In this document: positions 39,470 through 50,542 of the stretch, one piece after another
Position numbering within the stretch: position 1 is the stretch's first letter
How the letters are laid out: the number at the start of each line of letters is the position of its first letter
From: Raillietiella orientalis
Lineage: Eukaryota
DNA: 64,000 nt
Reading direction: 5' to 3'
NCBI GenBank assembly: GCA_036172245.1
Contig: JAYWIR010000001.1
Location: 992,001 to 1,056,000, forward strand
Notes under the pieces: generated by a model
Seen by the model: the letters and a program-made list of their open reading frames with translations, nothing else
What the model was told of the DNA's origin: nothing
Databases searched by the model: none
Translations under genes and position numbers: made by a program

Positions 39470-40150
39470 GCTACCGCTCCATGCTTGGGAAGTTCCTCGC
39501 ACCTCCCACCCTGGTTGTCTCCAAAGGGGAATCCCAAAGGGAATCTCCTTCCTCATTCTCTCCGGAGGGACACCTACTGGGAGGGGGGTGATATTTTCCA
39601 TTTCAACTTCTCCCAAGGGAACCCAGAAAGGATCCGCTTGTAGGAATTTCTTCTCCGGAGGGAACCAGCAAGGGAACTGCTCCTATTCACTCCTCTGAAG
39701 AGAACCCTGAAGGGACGCTTCCAAAACTCGGAAGGTGCGCTGCAGCTTCCTGCAGGGAATCGTTCTCGCTCGCTTCCTTGCACTCTGTGAAGAGGCGACG
39801 ACTCGGAGGGTCCTCCACCGCAACGGGGAGGGTCCGCTCCTTTGAACAACTGGAGAGGTGCCCGTGAGGGCTCCTGCTCCATCTTGAAACTCGGAGGGGG
39901 AACTCCCCACTCCTTTATTCCTGGGAAGACCCGAAGGTCAATTTCCCATTGTTCCGACCTTCATCGGGGGCCTCCGGCTTAATCCACCGCGGGTGCCACG
40001 CCCGAATGTCTCGGCCAACCAGCGCCATTGCAGGAGAAACTCGGAATCCGACGACGCAGTGGCGTCAGAGTTTCTGCCGAAGTATTCGAACCCGCGACAC
40101 ATGGTGCCATACGCGGAAGCCTTAACCACAAGGCCTCCGACGCGGGCAAA
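39470..40150 (-). mobile_element. tRNA-derived SINE-like repeat, copy 7 (3' truncated)
   Basis: Reverse head GGAGGCCTTGTGGTTAAGGCTTCCGCGTATGGCACCATGTGTCGCGGGTTCGAATAC (A-box-like + B-box) and shared body. Confidence 0.82.
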
Positions 40151-43100
40151 GGGCTCCATTTCGACCAGCAGCCGAATCCCCTTGAAGCCTCCTCTTTCAC
40201 TCTGTGGGCAGCCTGGTTCGCACACGCTAACGGTAATTTTTCCAATTAATGGATTTTTCGAGAAGTTCGAAACGAGGTGGAAGCAAAATTCTGATACCAG
40301 AAACTCTGGTCTCCTTCTGCGGATCATTTGTTCGATGGTCACGGTCCCTGCTGCATTCTTTGAACGGCTCCGCGTCGGAACGAAAGCGTTTCTGCCGTTG
40401 GGAAATCTCCCGACTTCCAGCGTAGGTGCCCGTTTCCGATCGTTCACGTGTCTGTTGCTGCTTAAGGAAATACGTCGGCAGCTTCTCCTCCGAGGGGCCA
40501 AATGGCCAACGACAAAGTGAGGGGGGCATCTTCAAGGACTGTGGGGTGTCCTTGAGCTGCATAAGCTCCGAGTTCCGGAAACTCTGGTTTCCATGGAGAT
40601 CCGCAGCGGTCCTGGAGCTCCCGCGGGCAAGAAGCTTCGCTCAGAAAGAGACCCTTACCCTCAGCTGGGACGTAGCCATAACGACAGCACTTTCCAAGCA
40701 TTTGCGAATGTGAAAGCAGCCTCCAAGTTTCAAGGCGATGATGCTGGATCCACTGACCTCATTGTATTCTCGTTACAGAAGCTCGGAATCGACTTAATGG
40801 ATGTCACGTTCAGTCGCTCACACCTCGTTGAGAATGCAGCAAAAATCAGCACTCACAGCAAGCGCTGGAAACCATCTCGAAATGGGGATGCCGGATCCAC
40901 CCGGCATATGTTGCCGTTAAGCAGCTAAGCGCGGTCAGTGGTGATGAAAATTACTCCATGAGATGTTCTCTTCAGCAGAGATAGCTGCGAAGAAGAAAAC
41001 GAGAGAGAGAGAGGGGGGGAGGGGAAAAGAAATGTTCATTGCAAGGCGGTACACAACCACTGCAAATAATGAGGGTTCCAGAAACCATCTGGAATGGATG
41101 AAAATCCCGAGGCGATGAGTTTTTCTCTCTTGCCTGTGTGTCGGCGTCCGTCAGCGAAGCCGAAGACGAAGCAGTTCAGAAAAAGGGAAACGGGAACGGA
41201 GCAAGCGAGCTCAGGGTGAGAGCGAGTGCCAGGAGCAATCCGACGAGGGAAGCAGAAACGAAGCCGAGTGCGCGCAACACGAAGGTCAGTCGCACTCAGA
41301 GGTCGACTGCGTTACCGGAGCGACGCGCACTCTTAAGCTCGCCCCCGTGGCCCGAACGGGGCGCAGGAGCACTGTCGGACGGCTGGAAGGACGAGAACTG
41401 CCGCAAGAAGCGCCGACTCGGAGAATTATCGCAGCTGTCTTCGCGTTACCGCACGATTCGTGCACCTTGTGAAATGACCTTCGACGTCCATAACCCCGCA
41501 AAGCAGCAGTGAAAAGGGCCTTGAAAGATTCCCATTATAATTTTATCTAGTCTTCTTCATTCTCAGAGAACCCAGAACGTATGCTCACTGTTTATGATGT
41601 ATCCATTGGTTTTCTTCCTCTTTTGGAGAAAAAAAAAACAGAATGCTCGGCAAGGCTTCTTTTTTTGCTGCTGCTGCCCATCGTGGAAGCATAGCCTTCA
41701 TAGGTCGTTTCTGTTCAGAATGGTCCAAGTAGAGATGTTTGGGCGATCAACACGGTGAAAAGACCAGCATCTGCGTGAGCAGCCTCCACGAGTCTCAAGG
41801 TAGAGAGCGTGAATGTTTCTCCTGAATCAGACGAATTGCGAGAGATGTTTCGTGCCTCGGGAACGCGGGTTCACTAATGGAGACTCAAAGACCAAGGATC
41901 AGATGGTTCCTTCAGTCGACGAGGTACCGAGAAGCTTCCCGGCCACGAGAGCTTGTCGAACAGAAGTGTCGTTGCCAGCCACCACCGTACCTACTCGCCT
42001 CGCATGTCTTGCTGGAACGCTCTCTGTGAGAAAGGTTGGGAACACCCTAGAGTGAGAAACGAGCTTGGGTCGTTCGAGAAGTTTGGATGTCAAAACAGCT
42101 CTGTTTCTTCTATAGCTCGGTAGAAAGATCAACTGAAGAGCTCTGAGGGTGATTGCAGAGGGAGTTTCAGGGTGAGCGAGTGGTTAGTCAAGCAAAACTT
42201 TCTCACAAACTGAGACTGGAGAAGACCTCAAGAGGGACTGGGACCGAGAAGAAGAAGAAGAGACCAGAAACCGGCTGAGTTCGGCCTAGAAAGGGACTGG
42301 AATCCAAGTGATTTGCTGAAACTTTGCAGAGCGGACGGGTGGCACTATCCAGCGATACCCCTCGCTTCGTCTCACTGAATGGCGTGACCATTCCGTGAGA
42401 CCGACGAGCTGCCATCTTAAATTACCCGGCTTATCAGCCAGCACACGGAGCGAAGGAGTCAGCTGGTGCTTCGAGAAACATCGAGATCGCAACGAGGTGC
42501 CCCGAGAGCCGCCCAAGACATTCAGATAGCTCGGACAGGTACGGACTTGATCCCCATACCACCAAGCGCTACCAAATCAGGTGGTCCCCTCTGAAGGGAA
42601 GTGGCTGGAAAGAGTCTGTGGAAACGTCTCGGAATTCCAGCCGGATCTCAGCGCACTGATTGCTGGGCCCAAAGTGCTGCCATTGGGACCGCAATTTCAA
42701 CAGACTCCCTCTCTCCTGGGGGAAATGCCGTCCGTTGCGGTCCATCGTCTTCTTAGCTCCTCGGCTGCTCCCACCGAGGTTTTTTCCCTGTGCGCTTCTT
42801 CGGAAAAATTCTCACGAGTCGGGGGAATCCGGAGCTGGCGCGAAATCCCGTAAGCACAAATCCGGGGTACCTGGACTCGGGAAAAGCAGCGAGTCCTTGT
42901 CGAGGTGGTCTTCAAGACTGTTCGCCTGGGAAAGACTTGGATGATCGGGGAAGGGGGGAGGAGGGAAGAGTGAACCGCCCTCTCGTTCCGTGTCGGCTGG
43001 CATTCACGCGAACGTTTTTTTATTTTTATTTTTTTTTCTTCAACCCTCGCTTCCTTCTTGGAATAAATCACGAATTCTCCATCAACCCCGTTCCAGTCTG

Positions 43101-43619
43101 AATCCTTCGTGCAGTTATCAGCAGAGATGGTGCTGAGATGGAGGGTTGGAGGGTTCTTAACCGTGGGAACGCTGTCTCCGAAGATCACCACCAGGTGATC
43201 GCGGGGACACTGTAGTGCTAATAGACAAGAATCCGGAATGTCTGTTCCCTCCCTTTCTCTGGAGCCTTTACTCGAGTTTCCTTTTTCAAGGATGTCCCTT
43301 CAAGGACATTTGCCTGGATGTGCTCCTTGCCCAGAGGAGAGCGTTGCCACAAGAGATGAATTCCCAAGGAACGCGTCCCTTCTGAATCCTTCAATTGCTC
43401 AACATCTTGAACATTCTGAAGCATATTTAGGCAACAGTGCCGAAGGGCACCTTGTGGGGCTTGGCTCCTCTTTGTCCGGGGGACCATGGCGACCACAGTA
43501 GCAGCCTAAATTCTGAATAATGCCCACTCTGTAAGAGGTGGTGGTACTGATGATAATAGTAAAACGTGCTTCATCATCCTTCGTGATGCGACATGCCATC
43601 TGTTGAGTGTAAGAAACTG

Positions 43620-44320
43620 TGGCACAGGCGAAACTCTGCCAGCTGCAACTGGAAAGAGGTGCGCAAGAAAATTCTAAGCTGAATAGGGAAGTTCGCCCAT
43701 CCTGGAAAAAGAAAATTCTTCTAACCTGAAAAAGAAAATTCTCGTAATCTGGGAAACGAAATGCTCCCAAGATTTGAGCTGGTCACAGCGGAGGGCGAGA
43801 GGACATGTGAGAGATGTAAGAAAGCAAGAACCTGACCAGCTGATTGCGACGCTCGTGGTTCGCAGGCGACTGCGTCTTCCTCGCTTTCCTCCGCGCTCTA
43901 AGAAGCGCAACTCGAAGGGAATCCACCATCTGGGGAGAGTCTTTGGTAATTCGAAATGGGGATTCTCGTTCCCTGAGATCCCCCATACTCGTTTCCGTAA
44001 AGCCTGCTCGGGCCTGCTTTTGGCGGGCTGTCCGGCAGAAATGAGGTTTTTCTTTGCCCATGGAATTTCTGAGGAAAACTGACGGTACCTGAATTTGCTC
44101 GCTCAAGGTTAACAAGCGTTGGGTTAAGCCACGGATCTGCAGCTTCTATGACGCTCACCCGAAACTTCTGCGGCGCTTCCATGATACTCAAGCATGTTGT
44201 TTGCATCCTCAAAGTAGTAGGAACACCGAAAAATTGTCGTCGTAAAGAGGGGACCTTTGAGAATTCTTCGAGCGGCGGCCTCATGGAGTTCCAAAACACC
44301 AGAGCAGCCAAAGCGCGGCG
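43620..44320 (-). pseudogene. LRR protein remnant, same family (5' truncated)
   Basis: PLEEF..SL..TTCL..PWLNPTLVNLERANSGTVSFPQKF (43898-44311), CPLALRCDQLKSW and FQDGRTSLFSL C-cap-like pieces. Confidence 0.45.
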
Positions 44321-45194
44321 AGCCTATGTATTTACTGCGCGATAAATATAGCGATGTGTACATGCTTGAATAATTAACACGATGGCTGGTGCGTGATAGA
44401 TATCAATCTGTCAAACTGTCAAGGCACACGCTAGACGTAAACGTGAAAACACATGTAAATATAAATAAAGAGAGTTGTATAAGTGTATGCTGACGTTAAT
44501 TCTTGACATCTGTTTATGCAAACGTCTTAACTGCACCAAATGACATACATGTGTGCACCTCCATAATATTAGTTTCAAAAGAGATGGAAAATGTTCCTCC
44601 TCCCCCCCTCCCCCGAGTAAGCATACGTAGATAAACATGAGTTTGCTCCCAGATCACCGCATGTACCACACGTGCAACCGAGAGCTTCCACCTATGGCTA
44701 ACACAAGAAAGCATTCTCGCCTCGCTTCCGTCCGATCTTGCATCCTGTGACACTCTCGAACCAGAGGAGGTGTTCACCGCACACCCGAGGCATCCAGGAT
44801 TGCCTTCGAAGGACGACTGCTGATTTTTATTTGTTTCCGAATGATGCTATCCTGTGAGGTGTATGTGTGTGTGTGTCGTGGATGAGCGTGCCTCCGGACG
44901 TCACGCGTCGACCTCATGACGTCCGGAGGTCATGCGGAGTCTACTGCGCCCTCGGAAGAAAGTAAACTTCCATCGAAGAAATAGTCGAGCGAGAGTCCGG
45001 TTTCGTGTACAGCAAGCCCCGATTTCGTCACGACAAGCAGGTCACTCCCAAGGTCTCTTCTATCAGCTCGCTGACGCGGTGATCAAAGTGATTTCGAAGC
45101 AAACAACAACTCGTGGCGGCTGAACATTCTTAGATTAAGAGAACACCGAAGAGTTTCATTTTCGCTGCTGTAGCAGGTCCAAAGTGCAGAGCTC

Positions 45195-45965
45195 GCTTTG
45201 GCGGGCGTGTGTGACTGAGGTGCGCAGTGCGAGGCGTCGTGGGCTGGAATCCCGCCCGGGGAAGGGCCGACGCCGAGAACGGGGGGTTGCGAGTCGTGGG
45301 TGTCGAGTTGCCCCCGCAGGATGACGCTGGTTGTCGGTTCCTCGGCTGGTTTCGTGTGCGGCACTGGTGGAAGCTGCAAACTGAATGCCCCCCGTCGACT
45401 GGCCGTAATGGAAGCTGATCCCTCAGGGGGCCGGATTCCATCCCGGGTCCATTCCATTCCATTTCATACCGGGGTCCTTCCCGGGATCAAGGAGCCCTTC
45501 GGGGCTCGCGATCCAAATCGTCCGTTGCTCTGATGTAGGATTAGATAAGTCGTAACATAGTGCCCCCTCCGGTTGTGAGGGTGGAGCTGCACTATGAAGC
45601 TGGTTGATGCTCCCCTGGTGGGTCGCCTCTCCGGAGTGTAAAGAAGAAGAGCGTTGCTCTCTTGGGGAAGCTCCCCCCAGAGAAAATTGGGAAGCGTCCC
45701 TTCGAAGCTCTCTTCGGAGGAGAAACGAGGTGTGACCGAGACCTAGATCGTTCCTCCAGGAAATTACTCTGGAGAGAATGAGGAAGATAAGGATTCTTTC
45801 CGGAAGCAACCTGATCGAGGGGTTCCCTCCCAAGCGCTGGACTCCTTCCTTCGGAGCCTTCCTGGATTCCACATGGTGGTCCATTGTGGTCCAGAGCTTC
45901 GTGAGCCTCTTGGCGAACGGTTCTTGAGTACTCAGCGAATCAGAAAGAAAAGATAAAAAAAAAAT
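45195..45965 (+). mobile_element. tRNA-derived SINE-like repeat, copy 8
   Basis: Degenerate B-box GCGTCGTGGGCTGGAATCCC, body, tail AGAGCTTCGTGAGCC..GGCGAACGGTTCTTGAGTACTCAGCGAATC + A-rich end. Confidence 0.85.
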
Positions 45966-46243
45966 TAAGGATTTCTCCATCATCCTAGGCCAGTAGTTGA
46001 CGATCATCCCGCGAGGTCGCGCTGCCGGCCTTTTTTTTCTTAACAAGAAAGTGAAAATAAAAACGTGCAAAGAACGGAACCCTAAAAGTGCCTGTCCACT
46101 CGTAGATTCAAACATCGCAGAGATGCGCAGCCAGTCTCCACCCCCCAGAGACATGGGGGGACCCACTACTGCGAACCGCCTTTCGCTGTATCTCCGAGTT
46201 TCCGTCCCTTGTCCAGAGAAAGGTGAATCTGTTCTCTCCTCAG

Positions 46244-46392
46244 ATACAAGATCGTTCTGGAAGCGTCCGGCGATGACAGATCCGTACTGCTGCCCGTCAT
46301 CAAACCGGCCACTTTGTACGTCCTTTACATGACCTCCATCCTGGGAACCGAAAGAAGCGACAGCCATCCGGTCACCTTCCACACGAAATCCG
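46244..46392 (+). CDS. Exon of the same gene: C-terminal half of FN3 domain
   Basis: Acceptor TTCTCTCCTCAG ending 46243; the first base completes the AG|A (Arg) codon with the 27184 exon. Translates (R)YKIVLEASGDDRSVLLPVIKPATLYVLYMTSILGTERSDSHPVTFHTKS (L.P.T.Y and F.T FN3 signature). Donor G|GTAAGC at 46393. Confidence 0.88.
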
Positions 46393-46456
46393 GTAAGCGG
46401 TGCCCTCGATCCCCGTTTTTCCACCGCCGTCAGGGAAGCGTCTTCTTCGATGGCAG

Positions 46457-46665
46457 CGGCAAAGCATTACAGCCTCGCCGACATAGGCTTCAAGCCCGAA
46501 GGACCAGGGATACTGATCATACGACCCGAAGAGATCATCATCGTCCTCGTGGTGGGAGTCTTGTGGATCGTGGCCGTCCTGCTCTTCTGCAGCCGCTGGG
46601 CCAAGATACGCGTCCTGGAGCCTTACGCGGAATCGTTCAAAACGCCCGAGAAGGCGAATCAAAAA
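46457..46665 (+). CDS. Exon of the same gene: transmembrane helix and juxtamembrane motif
   Basis: Acceptor TCTTCTTCGATGGCAG ending 46456 keeps frame (64-nt intron). Encodes ...IRPEEIIIVLVVGVLWIVAVLLFCSRWAKIRVLEPY..., matching the EE-hydrophobic-W..F..W.KIR.L.PY pattern I recall for arthropod DUF4808/FNDC proteins. Donor AAA|GTGAGG at 46666. Confidence 0.88.
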
Positions 46666-46753
46666 GTGAGGCGCCTTTCTTGCATCCATCGGAGAGGGGG
46701 GGGGAGGCAGCTGCACGCTTCTGCTTGGGCTCATGTGATGGACCGTCTTCCAG

Positions 46754-46981
46754 AACGCCGGGGAGGTGAAGCCCGTCTCAGTAAGAACTCAGCCTTCGTC
46801 CACCTGGTCGCTCGACCGCTGGCCAGAGCAGCACAGGTCGACTCCACGTTCCGTGTCGCCGTTCATGATGGTGATGAGCTCTCTAAAGGAAGAGAGGAAA
46901 GCCAGAAGCGCGCTGGACATAGTCACGACCATCGACATGAATAGAATGTACTCCACGAGCCCAAGGTCGTGTCACCAGTGA
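46754..46981 (+). CDS. Terminal coding exon of the same gene (cytoplasmic tail)
   Basis: Acceptor CGTCTTCCAG ending 46753, phase 0 (88-nt intron). Open to TGA at 46979-46981: NAGEVKPVSVRTQPSS...KEERKARSALDIVTTIDMNRMYSTSPRSCHQ*. Confidence 0.75.
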   Translation, partial: NAGEVKPVSVRTQPSSTWSLDRWPEQHRSTPRSVSPFMMVMSSLKEERKARSALDIVTTIDMNRMYSTSPRSCHQ

Positions 46982-47555
46982 ATCGCCTCGCCCGCAAGTG
47001 CTCTCGTTGCTTCCCCCCTCCTCCCCTTCCTTCCCAGTTATCCCCAGCGCGCATCGGGTGCTCCCTCTTCGAAGCGAAAGACAGACAGGACTCTGTTCAG
47101 GGACATTCGTGACGACCGAGGGATCGTTTTCGGCGACCCTGCTGCCGCCGAAGAAAGCGCATGCGTCAATACAGTGTTCCCATCTTGCGCAAGTGGTCGA
47201 GTGCCTTCGTGATCCTCGGGGAGTGATTTGAGTGTTCTTCCACTGGAGCGAGTTTACCACCGCGAGAGAGAGCTGCCTCTTGGCAGGAAGACGTGGAAAG
47301 GGCAACCCTGACGGCGGCGAGGGTGGTGTTGCTACACCCCGCGGGGCTCATTACTTGCATTTGCATACAGGATAAAAAACACACACACACATACACACAC
47401 ACATCGGGACGCTGTTTAATGTGCATTGAGACGCACTCCGCTGCAGCTTCACTATGCAGAGCGAGAAGCTGAATCCAAATGCAAGGAAGCCCGGAATACT
47501 CCTGGTTGCCAAGGCAGCACATCGAGACGGCGAACAAAACTGCCTCGAATGCCTC

Positions 47556-47636
47556 GCACGCCTTCCCATCATCGTGCGGGATCCCGGAACACCAGGCACG
47601 CCTTCCCATCATCGTGCGGGATCCCGGAACACCAGG
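47556..47636 (+). repeat. Perfect 40-bp tandem duplication
   Basis: GCACGCCTTCCCATCATCGTGCGGGATCCCGGAACACCAG at 47556-47595 and 47596-47635. Confidence 0.95.
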
Positions 47637-48204
47637 TTACCGGAGATGTTCCCAATCCCATTCCCTCTCAGGGGAGGACCGGGACTGCTGCTGCTGCGGA
47701 TGAGCACGTAGATGAAGATGAGGAGCAAGTAAGTAACCGCATCGCAAAAGTCTCGGGAGCAGTTCGGCTGGACCGGCCATCTTCGAAAGGGCGGGTTTCT
47801 TAGACAGGATGAGCGAGGTCTCGCGTTTTCCTCCTTTCCAGGTACAAAGAAGCCGGTCGGCGAGCGATCGGAAGCTGGGCAGCAAGAGCACGCGCGGCAG
47901 ACGCGGAAGTGACCGGGGTGTTTTCAGGCCCACTCGATGAGCATCAGCTGAAGGATGCGATTTACTCTGTGAGGATCGAGGCGGGCATGGGGCTGAAGCA
48001 AGTGAGAGCTCGCTGCCTCCGCAGGAAACGCAGCCAATCGGAAAAGAGCACGCCGTAGAGCTGAGCGTTGAAGATGGGATGCACCCTGTGAAACCGCTAC
48101 TCGAAAGGGAAGAGGTGGAAGGAACTGCTTCAGCGACACCGGGACGAAGACGCTTCGGGCGTGAAATTTTTCCTGTGATGGAGAGTTTACCTCAAGAGAC
48201 GTCG

Positions 48205-48890
48205 CGCCCCTGGCGGCGGTTTACGCATTTCTTCGACACGGTTCCACGCCACCCGAGGACGCGTGTGGCAACCCTTCGAGATAGGGGTACCTCGGGAGAG
48301 GTCCGCCCTATGAATCCAGGAAGGGCTCCGTAGAAGGGAGTCCGTTCCTCTCAAGCCTGGGGAGGGATCCCCGGAAATGGGAATCACCTCCACTCTGGTT
48401 GTCTCCAAAGGGAATCTCCTTCCTACTCTCTTCGGAGGGATCCCCGAAGTGGCCCGCTCCTGTTTGTTTCTCTGAAGGGAACCCAGAAGGGGAGCTTCCG
48501 AAATTCAGGACGCAGCTTCCCCGAAGGGATCTTCTCTGCACTCTCTGGAGAGGTGGTGGAGACACTCCGACTCCATTAGTACGACGCGGAGAGTCCCCCC
48601 GGAATGGGAGGTCCTCTTCTTCACAACCGAAGGGAAGGGAACTTCCACTCCTTGATTCCTGGAAGTACCCGGAGGTCGACTCCCATTTGTCCCGGCCCTC
48701 ATCGGGGGCATCCGGTTTCAACCTCTACCAGTGCCGCACCTGAATGAATGCTGGCAACCAGCGTCATCTCGCGGGAGGAACTGGAACCCACGACGCACCG
48801 GAAGTCGATTCATTTCGAGTATTCGAACCCGTGACGCTTGGTGCCACGCGCGAAGACCACCGTAACCACACGACCTCCGACGCGGACTGC
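48205..48890 (-). mobile_element. tRNA-derived SINE-like repeat, copy 9
   Basis: Reverse head GTGTGGTTACGG..CGCGTGGCACCAAGCGTCACGGGTTCGAATAC and shared body. Confidence 0.83.
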
Positions 48891-48928
48891 CCAGGTGACC
48901 ATCTTGGACTCATGGATTATCGCTTCAT

Positions 48929-48973
48929 CCATGCTGCAAGACTCAATGTCCCATGCTGCAAGACTCAATGTCC
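48929..48973 (+). repeat. Perfect 22-bp tandem duplication
   Basis: CCATGCTGCAAGACTCAATGTC twice, at the 5' edge of the RLE fragment. Confidence 0.95.
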
Positions 48974-48974
48974 T

Positions 48975-49340
48975 ATTAATTAGCGGAGCAGCAAGAAGAG
49001 TGCTACCTGATCGCTTATGCCAAAGATGTAACTGCCGGGATGAAACGCACATATTAAACCATTACTTGATGCACTTCCCCATGTACATCGCTAGACATAA
49101 TGCAATCGTGCTGGGACTGCAAGCAGTTGCCACGAAGGTAGGAGGATGCAAACTCATATCTGAGGACCGACTAGTCCCCAGAGTTGATCTCCCGCAAAAC
49201 CTGATCTCATACTTGAAAAACAAGGAAAGTGGATCATCCTAGATGCTACCTGCTCATTCGAGGCAAGGAAAATGCGCTCGCTGAAGCACGACAGGGGAAA
49301 GAAGAAAAATACGAAAATCTGATCCAAATGATAAAGCAGG
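48975..49340 (+). mobile_element. C-terminal fragment of a restriction-like-endonuclease (R2/R4/NeSL-type) non-LTR retrotransposon
   Basis: CQRCNCRDETHILNH..RHNAIV zinc-finger/RH motif, followed after a frameshift by KPDLILEKQGKWIILDATCSFE..EEKYENL (PD..D..E..KY nuclease signature). Confidence 0.82.
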
Positions 49341-49359
49341 CCGGTCGGACAGCTACCGT

Positions 49360-49900
49360 GCAAGTCTTGGAAGCACACTGACGTTGTCCAACATGCGGCA
49401 TCCGGGGACCGTGCACGTCCGGACCTGAGAAATGAGCGCCGGCATGGTTGCACTTAGGTGGTTGGCCCAGAACTTCTCCAACCACTTGGCATCCGAGTTG
49501 AGAGTGGAGATTGGCCTCCGTTGGGTAACCTTGGTAAGGTCACTTCCTTTGGCAGGAGCCTCATCCTGCTCCAATAGAAAGATTTAAGTAATCTTCCTTC
49601 TTCACGGATACAGAGTGTCAGCTGATGGGATATTCGCAGTTAGACGTGCAAGTACCACTGGTAGTGGATGATGGGCACACTATCAGGTCCTGCGACCACA
49701 TCCTTGCGTAGTTCCACGAAAGCAGCCTTCACTTCCCCCGCGGACATTTCCTCGTCAAGCATCTGCATTCGGTAATCTCCAATTCTTTTGTTCAGGTGCC
49801 GCAGGAAAACGTCTTTTTGAGCCGGGCACAGATGTTGCCGTCAGAAGTGGTCGGCGTAGTGACTTTGGAATGCCTCCACGATATCCTACGACGTTTGTCA
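49360..49900 (-). mobile_element. L1/Tx1-clade RT N-terminal fragment
   Basis: Minus strand reads EEMSAGEVKAAF..AGPDS..; RRPISTLNSDAKWLEKFWANHLSATMPALISQVRTCTVPGCRMLDNV (PGPDG / RPISLLN.D.K / PGR.I.DN motifs). Confidence 0.85.
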
Positions 49901-49904
49901 CCCG

Positions 49905-50542
49905 GATTCTCCGGGGCATTTATTATAAAAAATTCTTTATAATAAAGTTGTCAAGGATACTGTTATCATGGTGGAACACTTGGTTCTACCACATGCGGGG
50001 GACTTACCATGAACCGGTGCGCAGACCGGTGAGGTCCTCTCCAACGGCGAAGAAGAAGGGAAAACCAAACCAAAATAAACAAAAAACATCAAAAACAGTG
50101 GGAGGGGAATGTTTCTTGTGGAGGGGAGGGTGGGGAAGGGATCACTGATCATCTGGAGTCGTCCTCTGCATCCTGTTCCGGATGCTGACAAGTTCTGTTT
50201 TTATATTTCTTAGTTGGGCCATCGAGAAGCGGTCTTCAAGAAGAATTCCGCCCAGTAGATGGCACCCCTGCTGTTCTGGCCTCTTCTTTTCGCGTTCCAC
50301 CTTGCCACGATTCCGCGTACACAGTAGAGAGCTGCTAGATACGCGTTGATAGGGGGGGTAGGGTAGGATGTCACGCATAAAGAGGCGCCGGAAAAAGTTT
50401 TTAGGGTCGCCTCCTGGGATTTTGAGGATCAACGAGAGTCGATCCCAAAGTGCACGCAGGGCGACACAGTCAATTAGCAGGTGCAGGAAGGTTCCCCTTT
50501 CCCCGCAGCCTGCACAATTGACATCCACACTCCCTAGTGTCC
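49905..50542 (-). mobile_element. L1/Tx1-clade 3' end (zf-RVT + 3' UTR), probable continuation of the 52032-54900 copy
   Basis: CAGCGERGTFLHLLIDC..LWDRL (50142-50528), 3' UTR, and AATAAA on the minus strand near 49918-49923. Confidence 0.85.

Noticed and set aside
45423-46424. 333-aa minus-strand ORF
   Set aside because: Antisense to a real exon and runs through a SINE copy; no recognisable domain.
46431-46433. Alternative acceptor CAG for the transmembrane exon
   Set aside because: Gives a 41-nt intron and a frameshift to an early TAG; the 46456 acceptor preserves frame.
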